NCBI GenBank assembly: GCA_965243025.1
Contig: CBDETY010000003.1
Span: forward strand, 2,368,001 to 2,432,000
Source of the DNA: Candidatus Latescibacterota bacterium
GTDB lineage: Bacteria; Latescibacterota; UBA2968; UBA8231
Length of the DNA: 64,000 nt
Direction of reading: 5' to 3'
Below the pieces are notes generated by a model that saw nothing but the letters and a program-made list of their open reading frames with translations, ran no database searches and was not told the origin of the DNA. Each line of letters starts with the position of its first letter. The first letter of the stretch is position 1. The translations under genes and the position numbers were made by a program. Shown piece by piece: positions 31,328 to 40,100 of the stretch.

Positions 31328-33003
31328 TGGGCTCCCGGCGAGGCCTCATGCTGCCTGTCCTTGTGCTGTTGCTGCCCAACGCGGCGGCGGCCGGCCCGGA
31401 CCTGACCACCGATCCAATCAAGTGGTTCGACGCCGACAACAAGACGATCCCGGAGCCGGCCGAGGCGAAGGAGAACAAGGTCTGGGACTTCATCGACAAA
31501 TCCTCCTTTTACCAGGTCGGCAAGGTGCTGGACCTGGGGTGGACGGCGCGCCGGATCGGAGACCTCCTCGGCGTCGTCGGGCCGCGCCAGGCCGACAACG
31601 TCAACGCCCTCGACGAGGTGCCCAACTCCTCCTGGTTCACCAACCGGCACTTCCTGCAACCGATGACCCTCGAGGAGCTGGCGGAGGGACCCGGCTTCGC
31701 CGAACCGGACGACAGCGGCCCCTGGGAGGTCGTCGCCGGCAAGTTCGAAGGGATCACCGCCGGCTTCACCATCAAGGACGCCTCGAAGCGGTACTTCCTG
31801 CTCAAGTTCGATTCCAAAGGGAACGACGAGATGGGATCCGGGGCCGAGGCGGTGGTCACCAAGGTGCTGTACGCCGCCGGCTACAACGTGCCGCGCAACT
31901 CCGTCGTCTACTTCGACCCCGGACAACTGCAGATCGGACCCAAGGCCAGGGTCCCGGACGGGGAGGGCGGCAAGCGGCCGATGACCCCGAAGGATCTCCG
32001 GAAAATCCTCGACCACATCGCGCCGCAGCCGGACGGCACCCTGCGCTGCCTGGCCAGCCGGTTCCTCACCGGCAAGCCGGTCGGTGTCTTCAACTACAAC
32101 GGCAGGCGCCGGGACGACCCCAACGACCGGGTCGACCACGAGCACCGGCGCGAGCTGCGCGGCCTGCGCGTCATCGGCTCCTGGCTCAACGATGCCGACC
32201 GCCGGGCCGCCAACACCCTCGACATGTACGTGACCGGGGAGGCCGGCCGCCGCTACGTCCGCCACTACCTGATCGACATGGGCTCCGCCCTCGGCAGCGG
32301 CAGCTGGAGACCGCACCAGCCCAAGCACGGCAACGAGTACATGGTCGACCCGCGCACGATCCTGCGGTCGCTCCTGTCGCTGGGGTTCTACATGAAGAAG
32401 TGGGAAGAGCCGGTGCCGATGCCGTACACCTCGCTCGGTTATTTCGAGAACGAGACGTTCAGTCCCGGGGGATGGGTGCCGGACTATCCCAACCCCGCCT
32501 TCGAGCGCTGCACCGCCCGGGACGGGTACTGGGGCGCCAAGATCGTCATGGCCTTCCGCGACGACGAGATCCGCGCCATGGTCGAGCGGGGGCGCTACTC
32601 GGATCCGGGCGCCGCCGACGAGCTGACCCGTCTGCTGGCGGAGCGGCGGGACATGATCGGGCGCTACTGGTTCGAACGCGTCAACCCGCTGGACCGCTTC
32701 GAAATCGAGGGGGGCCGGCTGCGGTTCGCCGACCTCGCCGTGGATGGGGGGCTGGCGCCGCGCGCCTCGCGGCAGTGGCGGTGTGCTGTCGTCGCTGCCG
32801 ACGGGGACGAGGCTGGCGAGCCGCGGCGGCTGACCGGGCCGGTCGTCCCGGTCGGCGAGGAGGCGCGGCCCGGGCAGTTCTTCGGCTACCGGCTGCAGAG
32901 CCGCAGCGGCGACAGGGGGAGCTGGAGCAAGGATACCACGGTGTTTCTCTACAAGCACGAGGACGGCCGTCTGCAACTGGTGCAGATCGACCGCGAGGAG
33001 TGA
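31327..33003 (+). CDS. Exported protein with atypical kinase (PI3/4K-HipA-like) motifs
   Basis: Signal peptide (AAAA|G); GKFEGITAG, YFLLKFD, AEAVVTK, GYNVP, WLNDADRRAANTL, YLIDMGSALG; TGATG coupling to upstream gene. CDS is confident, function is inferred. Confidence 0.65.
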   Translation: MGSRRGLMLPVLVLLLPNAAAAGPDLTTDPIKWFDADNKTIPEPAEAKENKVWDFIDKSSFYQVGKVLDLGWTARRIGDLLGVVGPRQADNVNALDEVPNSSWFTNRHFLQPMTLEELAEGPGFAEPDDSGPWEVVAGKFEGITAGFTIKDASKRYFLLKFDSKGNDEMGSGAEAVVTKVLYAAGYNVPRNSVVYFDPGQLQIGPKARVPDGEGGKRPMTPKDLRKILDHIAPQPDGTLRCLASRFLTGKPVGVFNYNGRRRDDPNDRVDHEHRRELRGLRVIGSWLNDADRRAANTLDMYVTGEAGRRYVRHYLIDMGSALGSGSWRPHQPKHGNEYMVDPRTILRSLLSLGFYMKKWEEPVPMPYTSLGYFENETFSPGGWVPDYPNPAFERCTARDGYWGAKIVMAFRDDEIRAMVERGRYSDPGAADELTRLLAERRDMIGRYWFERVNPLDRFEIEGGRLRFADLAVDGGLAPRASRQWRCAVVAADGDEAGEPRRLTGPVVPVGEEARPGQFFGYRLQSRSGDRGSWSKDTTVFLYKHEDGRLQLVQIDREE

Positions 33004-33021
33004 GGAGAAAGGACTAAAGCA

Positions 33022-34455
33022 ATGGACGTTCTGGGGTTCGGTTTTTTTCAGGGTTTCATGCACTACCTCGGCGTGCTGCAATGGCCGCTGGTCGCCGTCT
33101 TCCTGCTCTTCATCGCCTGGCAGATACGGGGGTTCGCCCCGGAAGAGCGGCTGCAGACCGCCCTGATGTTTGCCTACTTCTTCCTGGTGATCACGACCTT
33201 CTGGATCCTCAAGCCGATCAAGAAGGGGCTCTTCATCACCTACTACAAAGGGGTCGGAGGCTTCGACCTGCTGGGCTGGAACCTCGACCCGGCGCAGGCC
33301 GAGCTGCTGGCCAAGGTCCTCAACATGGCGGTCGCCGCCGCGGCGGTCGCGGTCTTCACCCTGCTCGCCCGTTCCTTCCGGCGCCAGCAGCTCACCTTCA
33401 TCCTGTCGGGATTCTTCATCCTCTGTTACCTGGTCTACAGCTTCCTCCTCGACGGTGCCGGCGGCGGCACCGTCTGGACCTTCTACCTGTTCGGCGACCT
33501 GTTCAGCACGTTGATGGTCGCCACCTTCTTCGCCTTCCTCAACGACAGCGTCGATCCCTCTTCCGCCAAGCGTCTCTACGGACTGATCGGTCTCGGGGGG
33601 GTTTCGGGAGGTTTCTTCGGCAGCGCCGTGGTCGGCGTCAACGTCAAGAGCCTGAGCCCGGCGCTGTCCATGTGGCTGTGCCTGGCGATCGCCGTCGCCA
33701 TCGCGCTGATCGCCATGGCAGCCGGCCGGGTGGTCAGCCGCAAGCTGGCGGCGCAGGAACCCGGGGAAAGCAAGGAGGAGGAAGCCTCCGATTCTCAGGC
33801 CGCCCCCGCCGAGAGTCAGCCGCAGGGCAACCCGGCATGGGAAGGGGCGCGGCTCGCCCTGCGCTCCCCTTACTTGTTGTCGGTGGTGGCCATCGTCGGT
33901 CTCTACGAGATGGTCTCCACCATAATGGACTTTCAGTTCACCTCGACGGTGCTGCACTACCTCGAGGGGCCCCAGATCGGAGAGCATTTCCCGCGCGTGT
34001 TCACCTTCACCAACATGGTCGCCCTCGTCGTGCAGCTGTTTCTCACCAGCTTCGTGATGACGCGGTTCGGCGTCGGCACGGCGCTGCTGTTCCTGCCGGT
34101 CGCCGCCCTGCTCGGTTCCGCCGGGTTCCTGATCGCCCCGGTGCTTCTCATGGGAAGCCTGCTGAACACGACCGACAACGGCTTCAGCTACTCGATCAAC
34201 CAGTCGGCGAAGGAAGCCCTCTACGTTCCCACCACGCGGGACGAGAAGTACAAGGCCAAGGCCTTCATCGACATGTTCGTGCAGCGGTTCGCCAAGGCTC
34301 TGGCGGTCGGCCTGAGTCTTCTGATAACGACCCTCTTCGCGGGGTTCTCGAGCATCCGCTGGCTGTCGCTGGTGACCGCGGCCATCCTGGTGCTGTGGAT
34401 CCTCGCCGCCATTTACGCCGGCCGCACCTTCCGCGCGAAGGAAGAAGCAGCCTGA
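33022..34455 (+). CDS. Npt1/Npt2 (TLC ATP/ADP translocase-like) nucleotide transporter, MFS fold
   Basis: About 12 TM helices; ILKPIKKGLF, FFAFLND...AKRLYGLIGLGG..GG..G, YSINQSAKEALYVP...KYKAKAFIDMFVQRFAK, typical of the TLC family. Confidence 0.8.
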   Translation: MDVLGFGFFQGFMHYLGVLQWPLVAVFLLFIAWQIRGFAPEERLQTALMFAYFFLVITTFWILKPIKKGLFITYYKGVGGFDLLGWNLDPAQAELLAKVLNMAVAAAAVAVFTLLARSFRRQQLTFILSGFFILCYLVYSFLLDGAGGGTVWTFYLFGDLFSTLMVATFFAFLNDSVDPSSAKRLYGLIGLGGVSGGFFGSAVVGVNVKSLSPALSMWLCLAIAVAIALIAMAAGRVVSRKLAAQEPGESKEEEASDSQAAPAESQPQGNPAWEGARLALRSPYLLSVVAIVGLYEMVSTIMDFQFTSTVLHYLEGPQIGEHFPRVFTFTNMVALVVQLFLTSFVMTRFGVGTALLFLPVAALLGSAGFLIAPVLLMGSLLNTTDNGFSYSINQSAKEALYVPTTRDEKYKAKAFIDMFVQRFAKALAVGLSLLITTLFAGFSSIRWLSLVTAAILVLWILAAIYAGRTFRAKEEAA

Positions 34456-34462
34456 TCCGGCG

Positions 34463-35416
34463 TCAGGGGCGCTGCTTCGGCAGATTCAGCGGGGGCTGCG
34501 GCGGCTCTTCTTCGCCGGGGGGATGCTCGAGCGTGACGTGGCGGTAGGCGAACTCGATCCGGTCGTTCCGGTTGAAGGCCTCGATGACTCTCCCAAGAAT
34601 GTCACTGGCGATTCGTTCCCGATCGACCGCTATGGACTGGTACCGCACCCGCATGGTGATCCCCGAATGGAAGAGCTCGGCCCGGACAAAGGGCGTCTCC
34701 CCGGTCTCCTCGATGATTTCCCGGGTCACCTCGGTGGCGCAGTCGATGAGGGTCTGCTCGACCGATCGAAAATCCGAGCGATAGGAGACCCGCACCGGCA
34801 CCTCATCGAGAATGTACTTGGCCTCCTCGAGAGAGTCCGTGTCCGCGTAGTTGATGACCATCTGGTCGAACAGCAATGCATTGGGGATCAGGATAATCCG
34901 CTTGGATGCTTCTTCCCCGGGGATGGTCCCGCCCACTTCCCCCAGCAGAATGTGGCTGGGACTGATGTCGAGCACGTCGCCCGTCACCTCCTGAAAGATG
35001 ATGCGGTCACCGATCTGGAAGGGCCGCTTCATCATGACCATGATCCAGGCGGCCACCCCGGTCACGGGCCGTTGCAGGGACCAGCCCATGAGCATGCCGA
35101 GGAAGCCCAGGCCCAGTCCCATGGCAGCGAATGAACCCGACAGGCTGATGACCAGGAGGATGATCCCTGACAGCACGAAGGCGTACTTCAGCAGGGAGTG
35201 GGCCCTGTGGACCTGGACCTCGCGGCGACCCTGGCGCCGCATGGCCCCCAGGACGAAGCGTTTGGTGATCCTGTAGATGAGCACCGTAACCGTCAGCACC
35301 AAGGCGCCCGGGAGGAGATAGACGATCACGTCCACGACATCCCTGCCCATTTCGGGGACGTGATGGGCGACCCATCCCTGCGTGGTGTCCACCAGGCTGG
35401 CTACTTCCTCGTTCAT
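34463..35416 (-). CDS. Small-conductance mechanosensitive channel family protein
   Basis: 3 TM segments, RPFQIGDRI, GDVLDI, IPNALL; convergent with the transporter. Confidence 0.85.
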   Translation of the reverse strand: MNEEVASLVDTTQGWVAHHVPEMGRDVVDVIVYLLPGALVLTVTVLIYRITKRFVLGAMRRQGRREVQVHRAHSLLKYAFVLSGIILLVISLSGSFAAMGLGLGFLGMLMGWSLQRPVTGVAAWIMVMMKRPFQIGDRIIFQEVTGDVLDISPSHILLGEVGGTIPGEEASKRIILIPNALLFDQMVINYADTDSLEEAKYILDEVPVRVSYRSDFRSVEQTLIDCATEVTREIIEETGETPFVRAELFHSGITMRVRYQSIAVDRERIASDILGRVIEAFNRNDRIEFAYRHVTLEHPPGEEEPPQPPLNLPKQRP

Positions 35417-35869
35417 CGTCGGTTCCTTTTCGCTCGATGGTTATTTATGAGGACTACTTGAAAGTTTACACGTCATCCAAGGGGTAATGCCCCCATCACT
35501 GTAACCTGATTTACCGGCCTCCGTAAAAATACCTTTGGTAACTTCCGTTTCACGGAGACGGGCACCGAAGGCATCATGGCCCCGCGACCCCCCCGGCTCC
35601 CCCTCTCACAACTGCCATCCGCTGTTCTTTGAGCCTTCCGTCTGCAAGCTACCGGGACGGAAACAGCGCGTCAACGGAACCGGGAAGTTCGTCTCCGTAT
35701 ACGGAAATGCCGCCGGATACAAGGACGATCCGGATGCCCGGAACGAGACCGCTCAGGGACTGATCCTTCCAGGATAAACCTCCTCATACGCGGTAACATC
35801 TTCATGCTGCCCGACTTCCGGATGGGCCGGGGAGATTCGCGTTCGGAGGGAGTCGGTTTCGCTGAGAAA

Positions 35870-35933
35870 GGGGACAGTAACTGTCCCCCCAATTTTTTTT
35901 TTACCTGTTGCACACAACGGACACCCCCTGTCC
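35870..35933. promoter_or_regulatory. Paired GGACA-N5-TGTCC palindromes upstream of WYL gene
   Basis: GGACA-GTAAC-TGTCC at 35872-35886 and GGACA-CCCCC-TGTCC at 35919-35933, flanking a T tract and TTGCAC. Confidence 0.65.
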
Positions 35934-35969
35934 CCTTGGAGCCCATCTTTATCGGGGGGAGGAGAAACA

Positions 35970-36956
35970 ATGCTCATATCAGATGCGATCCACAAAGCGG
36001 ATCGGCTCGAACAGATCAAGGTACTGTTTCGGCGGCGGCCCGAAGGGGTAGGAACCGGGGAAATCGCCCGACTTTTGGGGGTGAGCCAACGGACGGCCCG
36101 GCGCTATGTGAAGGAGCTGTCGGAGCGGGGACGGCTCCCGGTATACCGGGAGGGCCGCGTCTGGAGGCTGGTGGAAGGCGGGCACATCGACCTGCTTCGC
36201 ATCCAGCTGAACCTCGACGAGGCCCTCTCGCTCTACCTGGCGGCGCGGATGCTGTCGGCCTACAGCGACAAGCACAATCCACATGTGGTTGCGTCCCTGC
36301 TCAAGCTCGCCGCAACCCTGCCCGACGCCATCGGAGAGCACGTCGAGCAGGCGGCCGTGGCTGTTTCCCAAAGGCGGCTTGCCCCGGACTACCTGAAAGT
36401 TCTGGAAGGCCTTACCCGGGCATGGGCGGGCCGGCGGCAGGTGCAGCTGGTTTATCGCGATCCCATCACCGGGGAGCGCTCCGAGCGCCTGTTCGATCCC
36501 TTCTTCATCGAGCCCTCCTTCGTGGGCTATTCCTGTTATGTGTTCGGGTTCGATCACTTCCGCCAGGCGATCCGCTCATTCAAGGTCGAGCGGCTGGAAG
36601 ATGTAGAGGTGCTCGATACCCGCTTCGAGCCTCTGCCGGACTTCGACCCCTACGACTACCTCAAGCACTCCTGGGGAATCAGGGGCGGCGACGAGGTAGT
36701 GGAAGTGAAGCTGCGCTTTTCCAGAAACGCGGTCTACCGGGTGAATGAATCGGACTGGCCCGGGGTTGTTGCCCACGAGGAAGACCGGGAGGGGCGCTGT
36801 ACGCTGACGTTCCTGGTCAATCACGTCCTGGAAATCAAGTCCTGGATCAGGGCATGGGGACCGGAGTGCGAGGTGCTGTCCCCGGAGGAATTGCGCCGGG
36901 AGATCGGGGAGGAGATGAAGGCAGCGAGGGAACTGTATGCAGACAACGAGGAATGA
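35970..36956 (+). CDS. WYL-domain transcriptional regulator (wHTH-WYL-WCX)
   Basis: HTH EIARLLGVSQRTARRYV, ERLFDPFFI...CYVFG...IRSFKVERL, WIRAWGPECEVLSPEELR; GGAGGAG RBS. Confidence 0.9.
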   Translation: MLISDAIHKADRLEQIKVLFRRRPEGVGTGEIARLLGVSQRTARRYVKELSERGRLPVYREGRVWRLVEGGHIDLLRIQLNLDEALSLYLAARMLSAYSDKHNPHVVASLLKLAATLPDAIGEHVEQAAVAVSQRRLAPDYLKVLEGLTRAWAGRRQVQLVYRDPITGERSERLFDPFFIEPSFVGYSCYVFGFDHFRQAIRSFKVERLEDVEVLDTRFEPLPDFDPYDYLKHSWGIRGGDEVVEVKLRFSRNAVYRVNESDWPGVVAHEEDREGRCTLTFLVNHVLEIKSWIRAWGPECEVLSPEELRREIGEEMKAARELYADNEE

Positions 36957-37137
36957 TCGAAATCGGCGTCGGTGGGCGTGCCCGCCACCCTGGAAACAAG
37001 CGGCGATGCGCCATGGATCCGTGACTGTCGAATAACCCGCTCCTGCCTTTTAGAAACCGCAAGGCAGGGCTGAAAACCTCTTCTGCCAATTACGCAGCAG
37101 ATATCCCGAAAGGGCACATGCACGGGGAATTGACCTC

Positions 37138-40100
37138 ATGAAGGTTGCGATCGGCTGTCTCGTATGGTTGTTGTCGAGCCTGCAGGCGGAGGCCGAGCCC
37201 TTGGTCGAGGGCCGGGTGAGACTGGCCTCGGGGGATCCCGCCGCCGGGGCTCAGGTGCTGCTGTTCGATCTGAACGACCTGCGCCTGGCGCCGGCCGTGG
37301 CGACGACGGATGAGGCGGGATACTTCTCTCTGCCATTCGGGGGATTGCGGGGGCGGGTGCCGGTCCTGCCGGAGCGGTTCGAGCTGGGCCATAACTACCC
37401 CAATCCGTTCAATCCTTCCACCATCATCCCCTACCAGCTGCCGGCCCCGACCCGGTTGCGGCTCGAGATCTTCAATATCCTCGGACAGCGGGTGACGACC
37501 CTGGTCGACGGGGAACGTCCGGCCGGTTTTCACACCGCCCGCTGGGACGCCACCGATGCGGCGGGGCGGGCGGTGGCCGCGGGAGTCTACTTCTACCGGC
37601 TGAAAGGGGACGGGGTTCACCTGACTCGGCGCATGGTGTTGATCGACGGGCAGGCCGGGATTCCTTCGGCCGGGGGGAGCGGTCCATCCACCGCCGCCGG
37701 GGAGGAGGTGGAAACGCCCCCGGTGGTCGGGTTGACCGTCTCGGGAGAGGGGCTGGTCCCCTACCTCGACCCGGCCTTCCGGGTAGAGCCTGGAATGGCG
37801 CCCGTGGAGGTTGTCGTCGAAGCCCTGGGCGGGGTCCGGCATGGGAAGGTGGCCTCCAGCGGAATCCTGGGGGACGTCGACAACAACAGCCGGGTCGACA
37901 TTTTCGACGCCCTGCTGGTTGCCGTGTACAGCGCCAATCCCAGCCTCGTCATGCCGAACAACGGGGATATAACCCTCGGCGACGTCAACCGGGACGGCCG
38001 CACGGATCTCACCGACGCCTACCACATCGCCGCCTACACAGTCGATCCCTCAGACCCGACGCTGCCTCCAGGAATAGGGGAAGCCCTGGTCCAGGGGACG
38101 GGGACCGCATCGCTGTCCCCCCCGCCCTCCACCGTCTCCTTCGAGGACGACGGAGCATGGCACCGGTTTACGGTCCGGGCAGGCGAGTCGATCGTGGTGG
38201 TTGCCAACCCCACCGGAACCACCCCGCGCGTGGAGATCAACGCCACCAGCGGTTCCAATTACTGTCCGGCCGAAGCCGAGGACGACCGGGCGCGCCAGGA
38301 CGGCGAGGAAGTCTACCTCGCCGGCTGCTCCTCTGGAACGGGTACAGTTGAACTGCGGCGGGCGTCCGACCAGACCGTTCTGCAGACCTATACCTTCACG
38401 ATACGGGGACAGGGAACAGGTGGAGGGGGCGGCGGCACCGGCCCCGACCTGGTCGTCGAGCCCCCTGCGGTCAGCAACAGCAGCCCCACTGCCGGAGCCT
38501 CCTTCACCCTGAGGGCCAGAGTCCGCAACCAGGGAGCCGCCCGGTCCAGCTCGACCACCCTGCGCTACTACCGCTCCACCGACGCCACCGTTTCCACCAG
38601 CGACACCCAGGTCGGAACCGACCCGGTCAGCAGCCTGTCCGCCTCCCGCACCAGCTTCGAGTCGATCAGCCTGCGCGCCCCCTCCAGCGCCGGCACCTAC
38701 TACTACGGGGCCTGCGTCGAGAGCGTCAGCGACGAAACCGATACCGGAAACAACTGCTCCGCTTCCGTAACCGTTACCGTGGGAGCGGCCCCTGCCCCGG
38801 ATCTCGTCGTCGAGACCCCTACGGTCAGCAACGGCAGCCCGACCGCCGGAGCCTCCTTCACCCTGAGGGCCAGGGTCCGCAACCAGGGAAACGGCCGGTC
38901 CAGCTCGACCACCCTGCGCTACTACCGCTCCACCGACGCGACGGTCTCCGCCAGCGACACCGAAGTCGGCACCGATCCGGTCAGCAGCCTGTCCGCCTCC
39001 CGCACCAGCTCCGAGTTCATCAGCCTGCGCGCCCCCTCCAGCGCCGGCACCTACTACTACGGAGCCTGCGTCGAGAGCGTCAGCGGAGAAACCAATACCG
39101 GAAACAACTGCTCCGCTGCCGTCACCCTGACCGTGGGCGCCGCACCCGCCCCGGATCTCGTCGTCGAGACCCCTACGGTCAGCAACTCCAGCCCGGCCGC
39201 CGGAGCCTCCTTCACATTGAGGGCCAGGGTCCGCAACCAGGGAAACGGCCGGTCCAGCTCGACCACTCTGCGCTACTACCGCTCCACCGACGCGACGGTC
39301 TCCGCCAGCGACACCCAGGTCGGAACCGACCGGGTCAGCAGCCTGTCGGCTTCCCGGACCAGTTCCGAGTCGATCAGCCTGCGCGCTCCATCCAGCGCCG
39401 GCACCTACTACTACGGAGCCTGCGTCGAGAGCGTCACCGGAGAAACCAATACCGGAAACAACTGCTCCGCTTCCGTCACCCTGACCGTGGGCGCCGCACC
39501 CGCCCCGGATCTCGTCGTCGAGGCCCCTACGGTCAGCAACTCCAGCCCGGCCGGCGGAGCCTCCTTCACCCTGAGGGCTACGGTCCGCAACCAGGGTGCC
39601 GCCCGGTCGGGCTCGACCACCCTGCGCTACTACCGCTCCACCGACGCCACCGTTTCCACCAGCGATACCGAAGTCGGCACCGACCCGGTCAGCAGCCTGT
39701 CCGCCTCCCGCACCAGTTCCGAGTCGATCAGCCTGCGCGCCCCCTCCAGCGCCGGCACCTACTACTACGGGGCCTGCGTCGGGAGTGTCAGCGGAGAAAC
39801 CAATACCGGAAACAACTGCTCCGCTGCGGTGGCCGTAACCGTGCCCGGAACCGTCACTCAGCCGCCCCCCCAACCGGGAGTGGCGAAGCTGTACTGGTCG
39901 GACTGGGGCACGGACAAGATCCAGCGCGCCGACCTCGACGGCTCCAATGTCGAAGACCTGGTAACAGGCGCCGGACTGGACGGCCCGGACGGGCTGTCCC
40001 TGGATCTGGCCGGCGGCAGGATCTACTGGGCGGATGCCGGCACCAACAAGATTCAGCGGGCCAACCTCGACGGCTCGGGGGTAGAGGACCTCGTCACCGG

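Noticed and set aside
31213-33987. 924-aa antisense ORF and other long shadow ORFs (e.g. 21786-24449, 24510-27152, 59925-61964, 11348-13186, 6711-8465)
   Set aside because: They lie opposite well-supported genes, show no motifs, and are expected from high GC3 codon bias.
35420-37137. CRISPR array or cas genes near the WYL gene
   Set aside because: No repeat-spacer pattern and no Cas motifs seen anywhere in the window.
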